From positions 1 through 58,128 of the forward strand of contig CANMLD010000004.1 of the NCBI GenBank assembly GCA_947498315.1: a stretch of DNA of 58,128 nt, read 5' to 3'. This stretch comes from Pseudomonadota bacterium (GTDB lineage: Bacteria > Myxococcota_A > UBA9042 > GCA-2863065). Position 1 is the stretch's first letter. Each line of letters begins with the position of its first letter. The notes under the pieces are model-generated. The model worked only from the letters and a program-made list of their open reading frames with translations, did not search any database and was not told the DNA's origin. Made by a program: the position numbers and the translations under genes. Below, in pieces: positions 1 through 8,461 of this stretch.

Positions 1-3000
1 ACGGTCACCGCGACCGATGACGCCGGCAACTCCTCGACCTTCGAAGAGACTTTCCGAGTCGACCTCGTCCCGGGACCCGCCACGTTGACCTTCGACACGC
101 CGGTCTCTGGCTGGGTACTGGCCTCAAAAGATGACGCCGACCCCGCCACGTTGAGCGTCTTCGAAAGCACCTTCACCATCGGTGTGTCCCGTGGGACCAT
201 TGGGTCCACCGTCACAGTCGCTTGCCGTGACCTCGGGACGCTCGGCGCCCACGCGCCCGTCGGGACCGCGTCCGTGACGGCGGCGGACGGCCCGCTGTCC
301 GTGGATGTGGCGATCCCGGTTGGGGCCCAGACTCTCCAGGAGTGCCGAGTCAGCGACAACGCTGCCAAGCCGGCGCCGGTCCAGTTTGCGACGTTTACGA
401 TCACCCTCCCGGCACCCGCGTTCGTGCTCGGCACGCCTGTTGCGGCTGGCCTGACCCGCGAGACGACAGTGTCGTTCTCGGCGGCGACCAAGAACCTGAA
501 CACGCTCTCGGGCACCTTGACCCTCACAGGACCCTCGGGCGTCGTCTATACGCAACCCGTCGGCCCGGTCGTCGCCAATGCGCTCTCGGGTGACTTCTAC
601 CTCACGGTCGATGGGACAGCCGGCGGCGCCCCCATCGCCGACGGCGTCTACTCCGTCTCGTTCTTCTTCGTCGATGCGCTCGGAAATGCGGCGTGTGAGC
701 AGCCGGGTGCTGTGTGTTCTGGCAGCTTCCGCTTCGACGCCACGGCCCCGACCGGCGCCTTCACGGCACCTGCTGCCGTGCTCACCCCCCCAGGTGATGC
801 AGATGGCAACGGCGCTGTCCCGGGCTACCAGTCAGACGTCACAGTCACGGTCGCCGATGGCGGCTTCGAAGCCGGCACGACGGTGTGCCTCACCGTTGGT
901 GCGAACAATGTCGGCTGCGACACCGTCGCCGATGGCGCCACCACGGTGGTGTTCCCGTCGGTCACGCTTCAGCCGGGTGACAACGCGCTCGTCGCGACCG
1001 TCGTCGACGTCGCTGGCAATGCTGGGACCGACGCGACCAGCGTCGTGACCTTGGTGAGCAACGCCCCGCAGGTCGCCATCGTGGTGCCGGCGCAGAACAC
1101 CTCCACCGCCACGGACACAGTAACGCTCACGGTCGAAGTGCGCGACAACCAGGGCGTTCTGGCCACGACCGGCGTGGACGTCACACTCTTCGTCAATGGC
1201 GTCGAGTCGCCGGCCGTCGAGACCGACCTCGGCGGTGGCCTCTATCAGGTCACGGTGGTCCTGCCGACCTTTGGGGTGAACGACCTCACCGCCAGAGCGA
1301 CCATCAACAACGGTGTCGAAGGCTTCTCGGCGCCGCGGCTCGTGAACTACAAGCAGGGCGCACCGTCGATTGCCGTGACGGGACCTGCCGATGGCTCGGT
1401 CGTGAACTTGACTACGCCTCTCTGCGACGTCGCGCCGGGCGACTGCCTCGCGACCGTCACTTGTACTGGTACGGACCTCGATGATGGCTCTGCGTCGTCG
1501 CTGACCGTCACCTGCGGCAGCGGCGCGGCAGCCACGTTCACGTCGACCGTCGCCGGCGGCGCGACCAGCTTCAGCGGCGTCACGCTGACGAACAAGAGCA
1601 CCTGCTCGCTCGTCTGCAGCGCCACTGACTCGGGCACCGGCCAAATCGCCACGTCGCCCGCCGCGAGCGTGCGCATCGACCGCACCGCTCCGGGGATCGC
1701 CAACTATGTCAAGCCGGCGTCGGGAACGCTCATCTTCGTCGATGACACTTCGGGTGACGCGGGCTTCCAGTTCATCGTTCAAGGTCGTGTCAGCGGCGTC
1801 GAGGCGGGTCAAGACGTGACCGTCACGGCGACCTGGGCCACGGGTAGCGAGACGCGAACGGTGACGCTCGCCGCTGGCACTGCAGACGGCGTGAACCAGT
1901 TCGTCACGTTCGGCGAGATGACGTTGCCGCAAGGCGCCGTCACGTTCACGATGACGGTCTCCGACTCGGCCGGAAACGCCGCGGCGCCGAAGGTTCAAGC
2001 GGTTCAGATCGTGAGCGAACAGCCACTCTTGCGCATCTCGACGCCAACCTACATCCAGCCGAAAGCGTGCGTCACCGACAATGACTGCCCGGGCCCCGGC
2101 GCCTGTTACGAGACCGGCGCCGGAAAGAAGTGCGCGCTTGGCTGGAACGCGTCGTCGAACACGTCGCTGCTCCTCCGCTCCGTGAACATCGCCCCGCTGA
2201 GCCCGAACCAGTTCCGCGTCTGCTCGGACAACCCGGCCTACGATGCCAACGAGGCGTGTACCGCCTCCGGCGCGGGCTTCAACGTCGTCCAGACCTTCGA
2301 TGTCACGCTGCCCGATTCGAACGCGAACATCAGTTCGACGATCGTCGACGGCGTCCACACGCTCGTCGGGGAAGCCCGCCTCGATGAAGCGGGCGCGACT
2401 TGGGTCAGCACAGTGGCGGCGTCGGTCGTCGCCGACCAGACTCGCCTCGTCGTCGTGGACCGCAGCGTCCCTCAGAACGCCGGAACGTCGCTTCCGGACG
2501 ACACGCTGGTGCCGCTCGGCTGCCTCAACGCGGCTGAAGGTGGAGGCAACTACGACATTACGACCACGTGTGACGAGGAGGGCGTCGTGAGGCTGCTCGT
2601 GAACTCGGTCCAAGTGAACAGCGCTGCCGCAGTCGCAGGCCAAGCCGTGACGTTCGCCGACGAGCCGCTCGCCGGAGGCCCGCTGACGGTATCGACCATC
2701 TGCGTCGATCTCGCAGGCAACGCCAGCCCGGCGAGTACCGTGGCTATCTCGGTCGACTCGGTTCTGCCGTCGCTCTCCTTCTCGAAGCCCTCCTCCTCGC
2801 CGATCTTGGTCGGCGGCGACCGCGACATCGTCGTGTCTTCCGATGAGGTGGGCGGAACGGTCAACCTGACTGACAATGGCGGCACTCCGGTTCAGGCGCT
2901 GGTGTCGGCCTCCCAAGAAGCCACGTTCGACGACGCGACCTTCGGGATCCTCTCCGATGGCAGCCACCAGCTCAGCGCTAGCGTCACCGATGCGTGTGGC

Positions 3001-6000
3001 AACACGGCCACGGCCAATGCCATCCCGCTCATTGTCGACACGGCGGCCCCGACCGTGGCCATCACGGGTCCCGCCGACGCTGCGCTCCTCATCGACGCCG
3101 ATGACGCCTCCGCGGTGGGCGGCTTCCAGGTGTCGCTCGCCTACGGGACGACTGGCGACGCAGCGACCTACAAGGTCTTCCTCGACACGAACTGCTCGGC
3201 GGGCTTCACGTTGTGCGAGGGCCCATCGCAGGTTCAAGCCGGCGCCATCCAGAACGCGGGCGGGGCCGAGGCGCCCGTACTGCTGACCCTCCCCATCCTG
3301 AAGACGCCCGACTTCGTTCGCATCACCGTTGAGGTCACGGACGCCGCTGGCAACAAGGCGACCGACTCTGTTGAGCTCACGGTCACACTCGTCGAGTGTA
3401 CCGTCGGCGTTGCGGGGATCCCCGTGACCGGCAACGTCGGGAACGCGCTCTGCGCTGTCGCAGGCACCGACTGCCCGTCAGTGGATCTCAACGTCGACGT
3501 GTCGCTCATCGGCGCCTGTGCCGGCGTGACGACGGTCTCACTCGTGATCGACGGTTCGGTCGTCGCGACGCAGCCGGTCGTCCTGTCGGGCGCGTCCTTC
3601 ACTCGCACGTTCACTCACGGCACGACGCCATCGGTCGAAGTCACCGGCGCCGGGCTCCAGACGGTCGCGAGTGGAGCGCTGGCAGTGACGGTCGATCTCC
3701 AAGACCCGATCCCGACGTTCAGCGCGACGACCGTTGGCGGTTTCGCCACCCCGGCCTCGGGCGCGACGGTGGTGTGGAACCAGCTCAACGATCTCGGCGG
3801 GGCTGCCGGTGTTCAGGTGAATCTGCGCCTCGACGTCACCGACGTGGGTGTGGGTGGGGGCGAGCTCGCCAGCTTGAAGATCGGCGCGACGTCCTTCACC
3901 GGCACCCCGACCTTCCCGATCGCCGTCAGCGGCACGACCTTTGGGACCGACGTGCTCTCGGTGACATTCCCGGACGGTGTGTCCCAAGTGGTGGTCCTCA
4001 CCGCTCAGGACGCCGTGGGCAACGCGGCGACGACGTCGTTCACCTACACATCGGACGTGGTGCCACCCGCGGCGCTCACCCTGGCGCTCTCCGACTTGAA
4101 CCCGCGTCGCCCTGCAGCCAAGCTCAGCTGGACGGCCGTCGCCGACAACGGCGCCACCGGCGCAGCCGCGTCGGGGGTCGACATCCGTTACGGTGTCGCG
4201 CCGATCACCGACGCCAACTTCGAGCTCGCTTGCCCTGCAGCCGAGCTCGTGCGCAGCGCCGCACTCCCGACCCCGGCAGCGCCCGGCACGGCCGAGAGCT
4301 ACGTCGTCACGGGGCCGGACTCCCGCGATCCGGCGAACCCGTGCAAGTTCCTGCCGCGTGTCGATGGCGGCACGTACTACTTCGCGGCCCGAGCCATCGA
4401 CGCCCTCGGCAACGTCGGGCCAATCGCGGCTGGCAGTGTGGCGAATACCGACTTGCTCAAGTTCAACGTCGCCAGGGCGGGCGTCGCGCGAGTCGATGGC
4501 GCTGCGCTGTGTACCGGTGCGGCGCCGACGTGCATCCTCGACTTCGACCGCCGCATCTCGCGCCTCGGCGACGTGAACAACGACGGCTTCGACGACTTCT
4601 CGGTCGGTGGCAACACCTCCTTTGGCTTCTGCATCCACTACGGCTCTGGCACGGTCGGCCCGGACATCCGCGTGCCGGCCAATCTGGCGGTGACGCCCGG
4701 ATTCGACGCCAACTGGCAGTGCCACCTCGCGCTCACGGGCGCCACGGACACGAACCGAGCGGGGCACTACGCTCAGAACGCGGGTGATCTCAACGGAGAT
4801 GGCCTTCAAGACATCGCAGTCCCTGCCTTCGTGGGGGCGTCGGTCGCCACCGGCGACCCGGAGATCCGGATCTACTTCGGCGTGAACGGCGGCCGGATCT
4901 CGACGGTGCCGGACGTCGTCATCAGGGGCTGGGCCAACGCGGAATCATCCTCGACGACGCGGTGGGGTGTTGGCGGCGACTTCAACGGCGATGGCCGCGG
5001 GGACATCGTCATCGGCTCCAAGGTAGGCAACGTCAGCGGTACCGCCGACGACAACAAGGTCTACGTCGTGCCGGGCAACGACACCTGGGCGAAGGTCTCG
5101 GGCGCGAGCCTCATCCTCGACATGACGAACGCAGCGACGCTGACGAACAACAACGTCCAGACGTGGCAGATGCCCGCGGTCCCGACCAACCCGGCCTTTG
5201 GAGCGCAGGTGGGCTTCGTCGGCAATGTTCTCAGCGACGTCGGCGCGACTCAGTACGACGACATCGTCGGCTTCTCCGCCGACTCGACCGCCCCGTCCGC
5301 GCAGACCAAAGCGGTCGTCATCAAAGGCCGCCCGACCCCCGCGGCGGCGAGCTTCACGCTCTCTTACGCGTCGGATGGTACCGGCGGTGACGATGCCAAT
5401 ACGGTCGTCCTGCGGCCAGACGCGCCCACGCAGAAAGACTTCGGTACGAACCCGAGCGTCCTCCGCCGTGACGTTACGGGCGACAACATCCCAGACGTCC
5501 TCATCAGCCACTCTCTTCCGACCAACCCCGGTCTGCGCGTCCTCTACGCCTTTGACGGTGCCAAGATTCGAAGCACGGCGGGCGGCACGTCGCTCCTCAT
5601 GGCGATGCCGCTCAGCGCCAATCAGCTCATCACGAGTCCCAAGATCGGCGACAGCATCTTCAAATCGCCAAACGGCGCTGGCTACGTGTGGGTCGGCAAC
5701 TTCGACTTCTTCGGCGACCTCGGCAACATCGTCGACGACCCGAACACCAACGTCGACGCCATCGCCATTGGCCACAAGAACCTCGATGACGCGGGCAAGG
5801 CCTACATTCGGCTGAACCACATCGACGCTGACCAGAGCTTCGCCTACGGCACCTTCCCGTGGTCGGACTTCAAGCTGACGGATCCCTTTGGCGGCACGGC
5901 GTTCGCCGAACGCGACATCCTGGGCGTTGGTGACCACAATGGTGACGGGTACGACGACTTCGCCGTCAGCACCGCGACAGGGTACGTGGTGCTCTTCTAC

Positions 6001-6003
6001 TGA
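1..6003 (+). CDS. Giant secreted/cell-surface protein, 5'-truncated by the window edge: tandem bacterial Ig-like domains followed by C-terminal FG-GAP (integrin-alpha-like) repeats
   Basis: Frame 1 is open from nt 1; the listed ORF 85..6003 starts at an internal TTG. A domain-end motif D.(A/L)GN recurs: VVDVAGNAG, VSDSAGNAA, CVDLAGNAS, VTDACGNTA, VTDAAGNKA, AQDAVGNAA, AIDALGNVG. The C-terminal ~480 aa carry Ca-binding FG-GAP loops GDVNNDGFDDF, GDLNGDGLQDI, GDFNGDGRGDI, VTGDNIPDV, GDHNGDGYDDF. Confidence 0.8.
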   Translation, partial: TVTATDDAGNSSTFEETFRVDLVPGPATLTFDTPVSGWVLASKDDADPATLSVFESTFTIGVSRGTIGSTVTVACRDLGTLGAHAPVGTASVTAADGPLSVDVAIPVGAQTLQECRVSDNAAKPAPVQFATFTITLPAPAFVLGTPVAAGLTRETTVSFSAATKNLNTLSGTLTLTGPSGVVYTQPVGPVVANALSGDFYLTVDGTAGGAPIADGVYSVSFFFVDALGNAACEQPGAVCSGSFRFDATAPTGAFTAPAAVLTPPGDADGNGAVPGYQSDVTVTVADGGFEAGTTVCLTVGANNVGCDTVADGATTVVFPSVTLQPGDNALVATVVDVAGNAGTDATSVVTLVSNAPQVAIVVPAQNTSTATDTVTLTVEVRDNQGVLATTGVDVTLFVNGVESPAVETDLGGGLYQVTVVLPTFGVNDLTARATINNGVEGFSAPRLVNYKQGAPSIAVTGPADGSVVNLTTPLCDVAPGDCLATVTCTGTDLDDGSASSLTVTCGSGAAATFTSTVAGGATSFSGVTLTNKSTCSLVCSATDSGTGQIATSPAASVRIDRTAPGIANYVKPASGTLIFVDDTSGDAGFQFIVQGRVSGVEAGQDVTVTATWATGSETRTVTLAAGTADGVNQFVTFGEMTLPQGAVTFTMTVSDSAGNAAAPKVQAVQIVSEQPLLRISTPTYIQPKACVTDNDCPGPGACYETGAGKKCALGWNASSNTSLLLRSVNIAPLSPNQFRVCSDNPAYDANEACTASGAGFNVVQTFDVTLPDSNANISSTIVDGVHTLVGEARLDEAGATWVSTVAASVVADQTRLVVVDRSVPQNAGTSLPDDTLVPLGCLNAAEGGGNYDITTTCDEEGVVRLLVNSVQVNSAAAVAGQAVTFADEPLAGGPLTVSTICVDLAGNASPASTVAISVDSVLPSLSFSKPSSSPILVGGDRDIVVSSDEVGGTVNLTDNGGTPVQALVSASQEATFDDATFGILSDGSHQLSASVTDACGNTATANAIPLIVDTAAPTVAITGPADAALLIDADDASAVGGFQVSLAYGTTGDAATYKVFLDTNCSAGFTLCEGPSQVQAGAIQNAGGAEAPVLLTLPILKTPDFVRITVEVTDAAGNKATDSVELTVTLVECTVGVAGIPVTGNVGNALCAVAGTDCPSVDLNVDVSLIGACAGVTTVSLVIDGSVVATQPVVLSGASFTRTFTHGTTPSVEVTGAGLQTVASGALAVTVDLQDPIPTFSATTVGGFATPASGATVVWNQLNDLGGAAGVQVNLRLDVTDVGVGGGELASLKIGATSFTGTPTFPIAVSGTTFGTDVLSVTFPDGVSQVVVLTAQDAVGNAATTSFTYTSDVVPPAALTLALSDLNPRRPAAKLSWTAVADNGATGAAASGVDIRYGVAPITDANFELACPAAELVRSAALPTPAAPGTAESYVVTGPDSRDPANPCKFLPRVDGGTYYFAARAIDALGNVGPIAAGSVANTDLLKFNVARAGVARVDGAALCTGAAPTCILDFDRRISRLGDVNNDGFDDFSVGGNTSFGFCIHYGSGTVGPDIRVPANLAVTPGFDANWQCHLALTGATDTNRAGHYAQNAGDLNGDGLQDIAVPAFVGASVATGDPEIRIYFGVNGGRISTVPDVVIRGWANAESSSTTRWGVGGDFNGDGRGDIVIGSKVGNVSGTADDNKVYVVPGNDTWAKVSGASLILDMTNAATLTNNNVQTWQMPAVPTNPAFGAQVGFVGNVLSDVGATQYDDIVGFSADSTAPSAQTKAVVIKGRPTPAAASFTLSYASDGTGGDDANTVVLRPDAPTQKDFGTNPSVLRRDVTGDNIPDVLISHSLPTNPGLRVLYAFDGAKIRSTAGGTSLLMAMPLSANQLITSPKIGDSIFKSPNGAGYVWVGNFDFFGDLGNIVDDPNTNVDAIAIGHKNLDDAGKAYIRLNHIDADQSFAYGTFPWSDFKLTDPFGGTAFAERDILGVGDHNGDGYDDFAVSTATGYVVLFY

Positions 6004-6135
6004 TCGCGAGTGGGGTCCCTTCTACAGGTTGTTGCCAAATCGACTTGATCCGATCTCGACGACCCGGCAACCGAGTATGTTACGGTGCCAGCGCCGCCCT
6101 AGCCGCGCACTTAGGCTTGCTTCAAGAGGTGTCTC

Positions 6136-6297
6136 GTGACCCAGTCCGCGTCTAGCCCGTCCGCAACATCTCCTGTGCCCCGACCGCGTCGCCCGTATCG
6201 GCGGCCCGTCTTGCGCTCCACCGAAGCCTTCGAGCGGATGGCGCTCCTCTCGTGTGGTGACGACGCTAGTCAGCCGGAAGAGTGCGCGGAGCTCTGA
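6136..6297 (+). CDS. Candidate small precursor peptide (53 aa) of the rSAM/SPASM cassette
   Basis: Absent from the supplied track (<60 aa). GTG 6136 is preceded by AAGAGG (6124..6129, 6-nt spacer). 53 codons run to TGA 6295..6297: VTQSASSPSATSPVPRPRRPYRRPVLRSTEAFERMALLSCGDDASQPEECAEL. It lies directly 5' of the kinase-like ORF and overlaps it by 16 nt. Codons mostly end in G/C. Confidence 0.4.
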   Translation: MTQSASSPSATSPVPRPRRPYRRPVLRSTEAFERMALLSCGDDASQPEECAEL

Positions 6298-7133
6298 ACC
6301 TCGAGGCGCCGGGCACCGTCCGCGTGCCGGTTGGCCCGATCTGCGTCGAGCTTCGAAGTGCGGACGACTCCGTCTTACGTTGGGCACGTGAGCTGGCTGC
6401 AGTCGCGTCGACGGCGTCGGCCCAAGGCACCCTCTTAAGCCTCCACGTCAGCGTCTCCGGGGAAGTACTCGATGGGCCGGTCGCGCCGACGTTGCGGACG
6501 ACCGGCGCCACGACGGAGCTCGCCTACCACGGGCTCCGCGCTATCGTGACGTCGACCGGCGCTCAGGCGACACTGTCCTTCGCGGGCGCGCAGGTCCTCG
6601 GCCTCGCCAACGTCGCGCGGGGGCAGCGGCGGCTAGCGAACCTCTTGCGCCTCGTCTCCGAGACGGTGTTGCGGCCAACGCCAATTGCGCTTCATGGTGC
6701 TGGGATCATTCATGAATCGAACGCTTACGCCTTCGTTGGACCACGCGGGGTCGGCAAGACGACGTTGGCGCGACGATTCGAGGCGTCCGCAAGGCTTGGC
6801 GATGACCACCTCTGGGCTTTACCGGACCGCGACGGTTACGCGCTTTGGCGCACGCCCTTTGCCGGCCGTGAAGGCACCGTCAGCCGCGCGGTGTCGTCGC
6901 CGCTCCGAGCTGTCGCGATCCTGACGCAGGGCAGGGTGACCTCGGCGCGAAGGCTGTCCGTCAGTGAGGCGCTCGCTCGCCTCCTCCCTGCGGTCGTGCT
7001 CCCGTGGGCTGAGGCTGCTTTCACCAAGTTGGCGCTCGAGCGAGTCGCGACCCTCGTAGAGTCCGTCCCTGTAATCGCCCTCGAGCTCGAACGTCTTGGG
7101 CCTGCCGTTGCCGCCGTGGAGAGCTGTCTATGA
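6282..7133 (+). CDS. HPr kinase/phosphorylase C-terminal-domain-like P-loop protein (HprK-related kinase)
   Basis: HGAGIIHESNAYAFVGPRGVGKTTLARRF P-loop context followed by LGDDHLW. The stop overlaps the rSAM start (ATGA 7130..7133). Start uncertain: GTG 6282 or GTG 6324. Confidence 0.7.
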   Translation: MRGALNLEAPGTVRVPVGPICVELRSADDSVLRWARELAAVASTASAQGTLLSLHVSVSGEVLDGPVAPTLRTTGATTELAYHGLRAIVTSTGAQATLSFAGAQVLGLANVARGQRRLANLLRLVSETVLRPTPIALHGAGIIHESNAYAFVGPRGVGKTTLARRFEASARLGDDHLWALPDRDGYALWRTPFAGREGTVSRAVSSPLRAVAILTQGRVTSARRLSVSEALARLLPAVVLPWAEAAFTKLALERVATLVESVPVIALELERLGPAVAAVESCL

Positions 7134-8461
7134 TCCTCGATTCACCGAACGACGCGGCACCTCCCGACGCCACGCCTTCGGCAGCGTCCTCTCCCGACGC
7201 CACGTCGACAGCAGCGTCCTCTCCCGACGTCACGTCGACAGCAGCGCCACTCCCCTCGGGGCTCGACGGTCGGCTCAAGGCGCTGTACCAGCGTCAGAGG
7301 CGGCTCATGAACCTCCATCTCGACCTGCTCTACGCCTGTGATTTGGACTGCCACCACTGCTACCTCGACGAGAAGAAGCGCCCTCAAGCGAGCACGGCGA
7401 CCATCATCGACATCCTCGAGCAAGCTGCCGAGATGGGCGCGCTTCAGGTCCTCTTCTCCGGCGGAGAGATCTTCCTTCGGAAGGATCTCTTCATCATCCT
7501 CGAAGCGGCTCGACGGCTGCGCTTCCACATCCGCCTCAAGACGCATGGCGGCAACATCACCGGCCACGACGCTCGTCGCCTTCGTGAGCTCGGGGTCGCG
7601 CAAGTCGACTTCAGCGTCTACGCGCTCGACCCTGCCGTGCACGACGGCTTCACCCAGAAGCGCGGCTCGCTCGAGCGCACCTTGCGAGGCATCGACCTGC
7701 TCGTGGCCGAGGGCCTCCGGGTCGAGGTCAAGTGTTCGGTCACGACTCAAAACCTCGCCCACTACCGGGAGCTGAATGAGCACTTCGGTAAGCGTGGGAT
7801 TCCGTGCACACTGAGCTCCAAGATCCGCGGCACGAACAGTATCACCACGAACACGTACGACTTGAACGCGGACTTCGAGGACAAGGTCGAGGTCGAGCTC
7901 TACCGGATCGCTCAGGCCGGTGGCCCGCGTACCCCGGGGCCCGCACCAGCTCCGACCGAGTCGCACTTCTGCAGCGCGGGCCGGACCATGATCTATGTCT
8001 CGCCGGATCTCGAGGTCTACCCGTGCGTGGCGTATCCGCGACCCGTCGGCGATCTCAGCGTACAGAGCCTCGCTGAGGTCTGGAGAGGCGACGCGACGCT
8101 CGCGGACGTCCGGGCGGCCACTCGTGCCGACACTCATCTTCCGGCCACCTCCGCGCCGCCCATGGTCGGCATCTGCGGGACGTGCCCTGCCCGTAGCCAC
8201 TGCAGCTACTGCCCCGGCTCGGCCTACATCGAGAGCGCTGGGGACGCGCTCATCCCGCCCGCTGTCGTGTGTGCCGCGGCCTTCGCCAAGCTCGAGGCGG
8301 TTACCCGTTGGGAGCAGGGGGAGCGCCCAGCGCCCGAACATGTGGCGGCGGTCAAGACCAAGCGAGGGCTCTTTCCCATCGCGGTGAACCTCGGCGTCCT
8401 TAGGCCGGCCGGCCCCTCCGCACACGGCGCCGAACACGCCGGAGGTTGTTCCTGCGGCTAA
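7130..8461 (+). CDS. Radical SAM enzyme with C-terminal SPASM-type auxiliary-cluster domain (peptide-maturase-like)
   Basis: CDLDCHHCY is the CxxxCxxC motif; SGGEIFLRKD is a GGE SAM-binding motif. The C-terminal Cys-rich block is FCSAGRTMIYVSPDLEVYPC ... CGTCPARSHCSYCPGSAY ... VVCAA. Start ambiguous: ATG 7130 (coupled to the upstream stop) or in-frame ATG 7307 (AGAGG at 7296..7300). Confidence 0.85.
   Translation: MILDSPNDAAPPDATPSAASSPDATSTAASSPDVTSTAAPLPSGLDGRLKALYQRQRRLMNLHLDLLYACDLDCHHCYLDEKKRPQASTATIIDILEQAAEMGALQVLFSGGEIFLRKDLFIILEAARRLRFHIRLKTHGGNITGHDARRLRELGVAQVDFSVYALDPAVHDGFTQKRGSLERTLRGIDLLVAEGLRVEVKCSVTTQNLAHYRELNEHFGKRGIPCTLSSKIRGTNSITTNTYDLNADFEDKVEVELYRIAQAGGPRTPGPAPAPTESHFCSAGRTMIYVSPDLEVYPCVAYPRPVGDLSVQSLAEVWRGDATLADVRAATRADTHLPATSAPPMVGICGTCPARSHCSYCPGSAYIESAGDALIPPAVVCAAAFAKLEAVTRWEQGERPAPEHVAAVKTKRGLFPIAVNLGVLRPAGPSAHGAEHAGGCSCG
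7161..7250. repeat. 3 x 30-bp direct tandem repeat (ctcccgacgccacg[cc/tc]...gcagcgtcct)
   Basis: Units at 7161..7190, 7191..7220 and 7221..7250 differ by a few bases. In the rSAM frame they encode PDATPSAASS / PDATSTAASS / PDVTSTAAPL. Confidence 0.9.

Noticed and set aside
832-3237. Very long ORFs antisense to supported genes: 832..3237 (801 aa), and likewise 3538..4809, 4945..5937, 7142..8581, 8678..9670, 10592..12529, 43750..44634, 53563..54216, 54824..55435.
   Set aside because: Arg/Gly/Ala/Asp-rich translations with no motifs. Each is fully overlapped by an opposite-strand ORF with recognisable domains. Such shadow ORFs are expected in DNA with G/C-rich third positions.
4093-4105. A 13-nt exact match (GACTTGAACCCGC) to the T-arm region of tRNA-Leu (57310..57322), considered as a possible attR.
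   Set aside because: It lies inside the adhesin coding frame (LSDLNPR). It would delimit a 53-kb 'island' full of core genes (ribosomal proteins, clpA, holA). The match does not extend to the tRNA 3' end. It is most likely chance in GC-rich DNA.
7161-7250. Tandem direct repeats (also 37683..37742), considered as CRISPR-like or regulatory arrays.
   Set aside because: The units are contiguous with no spacers and sit in frame within coding sequence. They are coding low-complexity repeats, not CRISPR.
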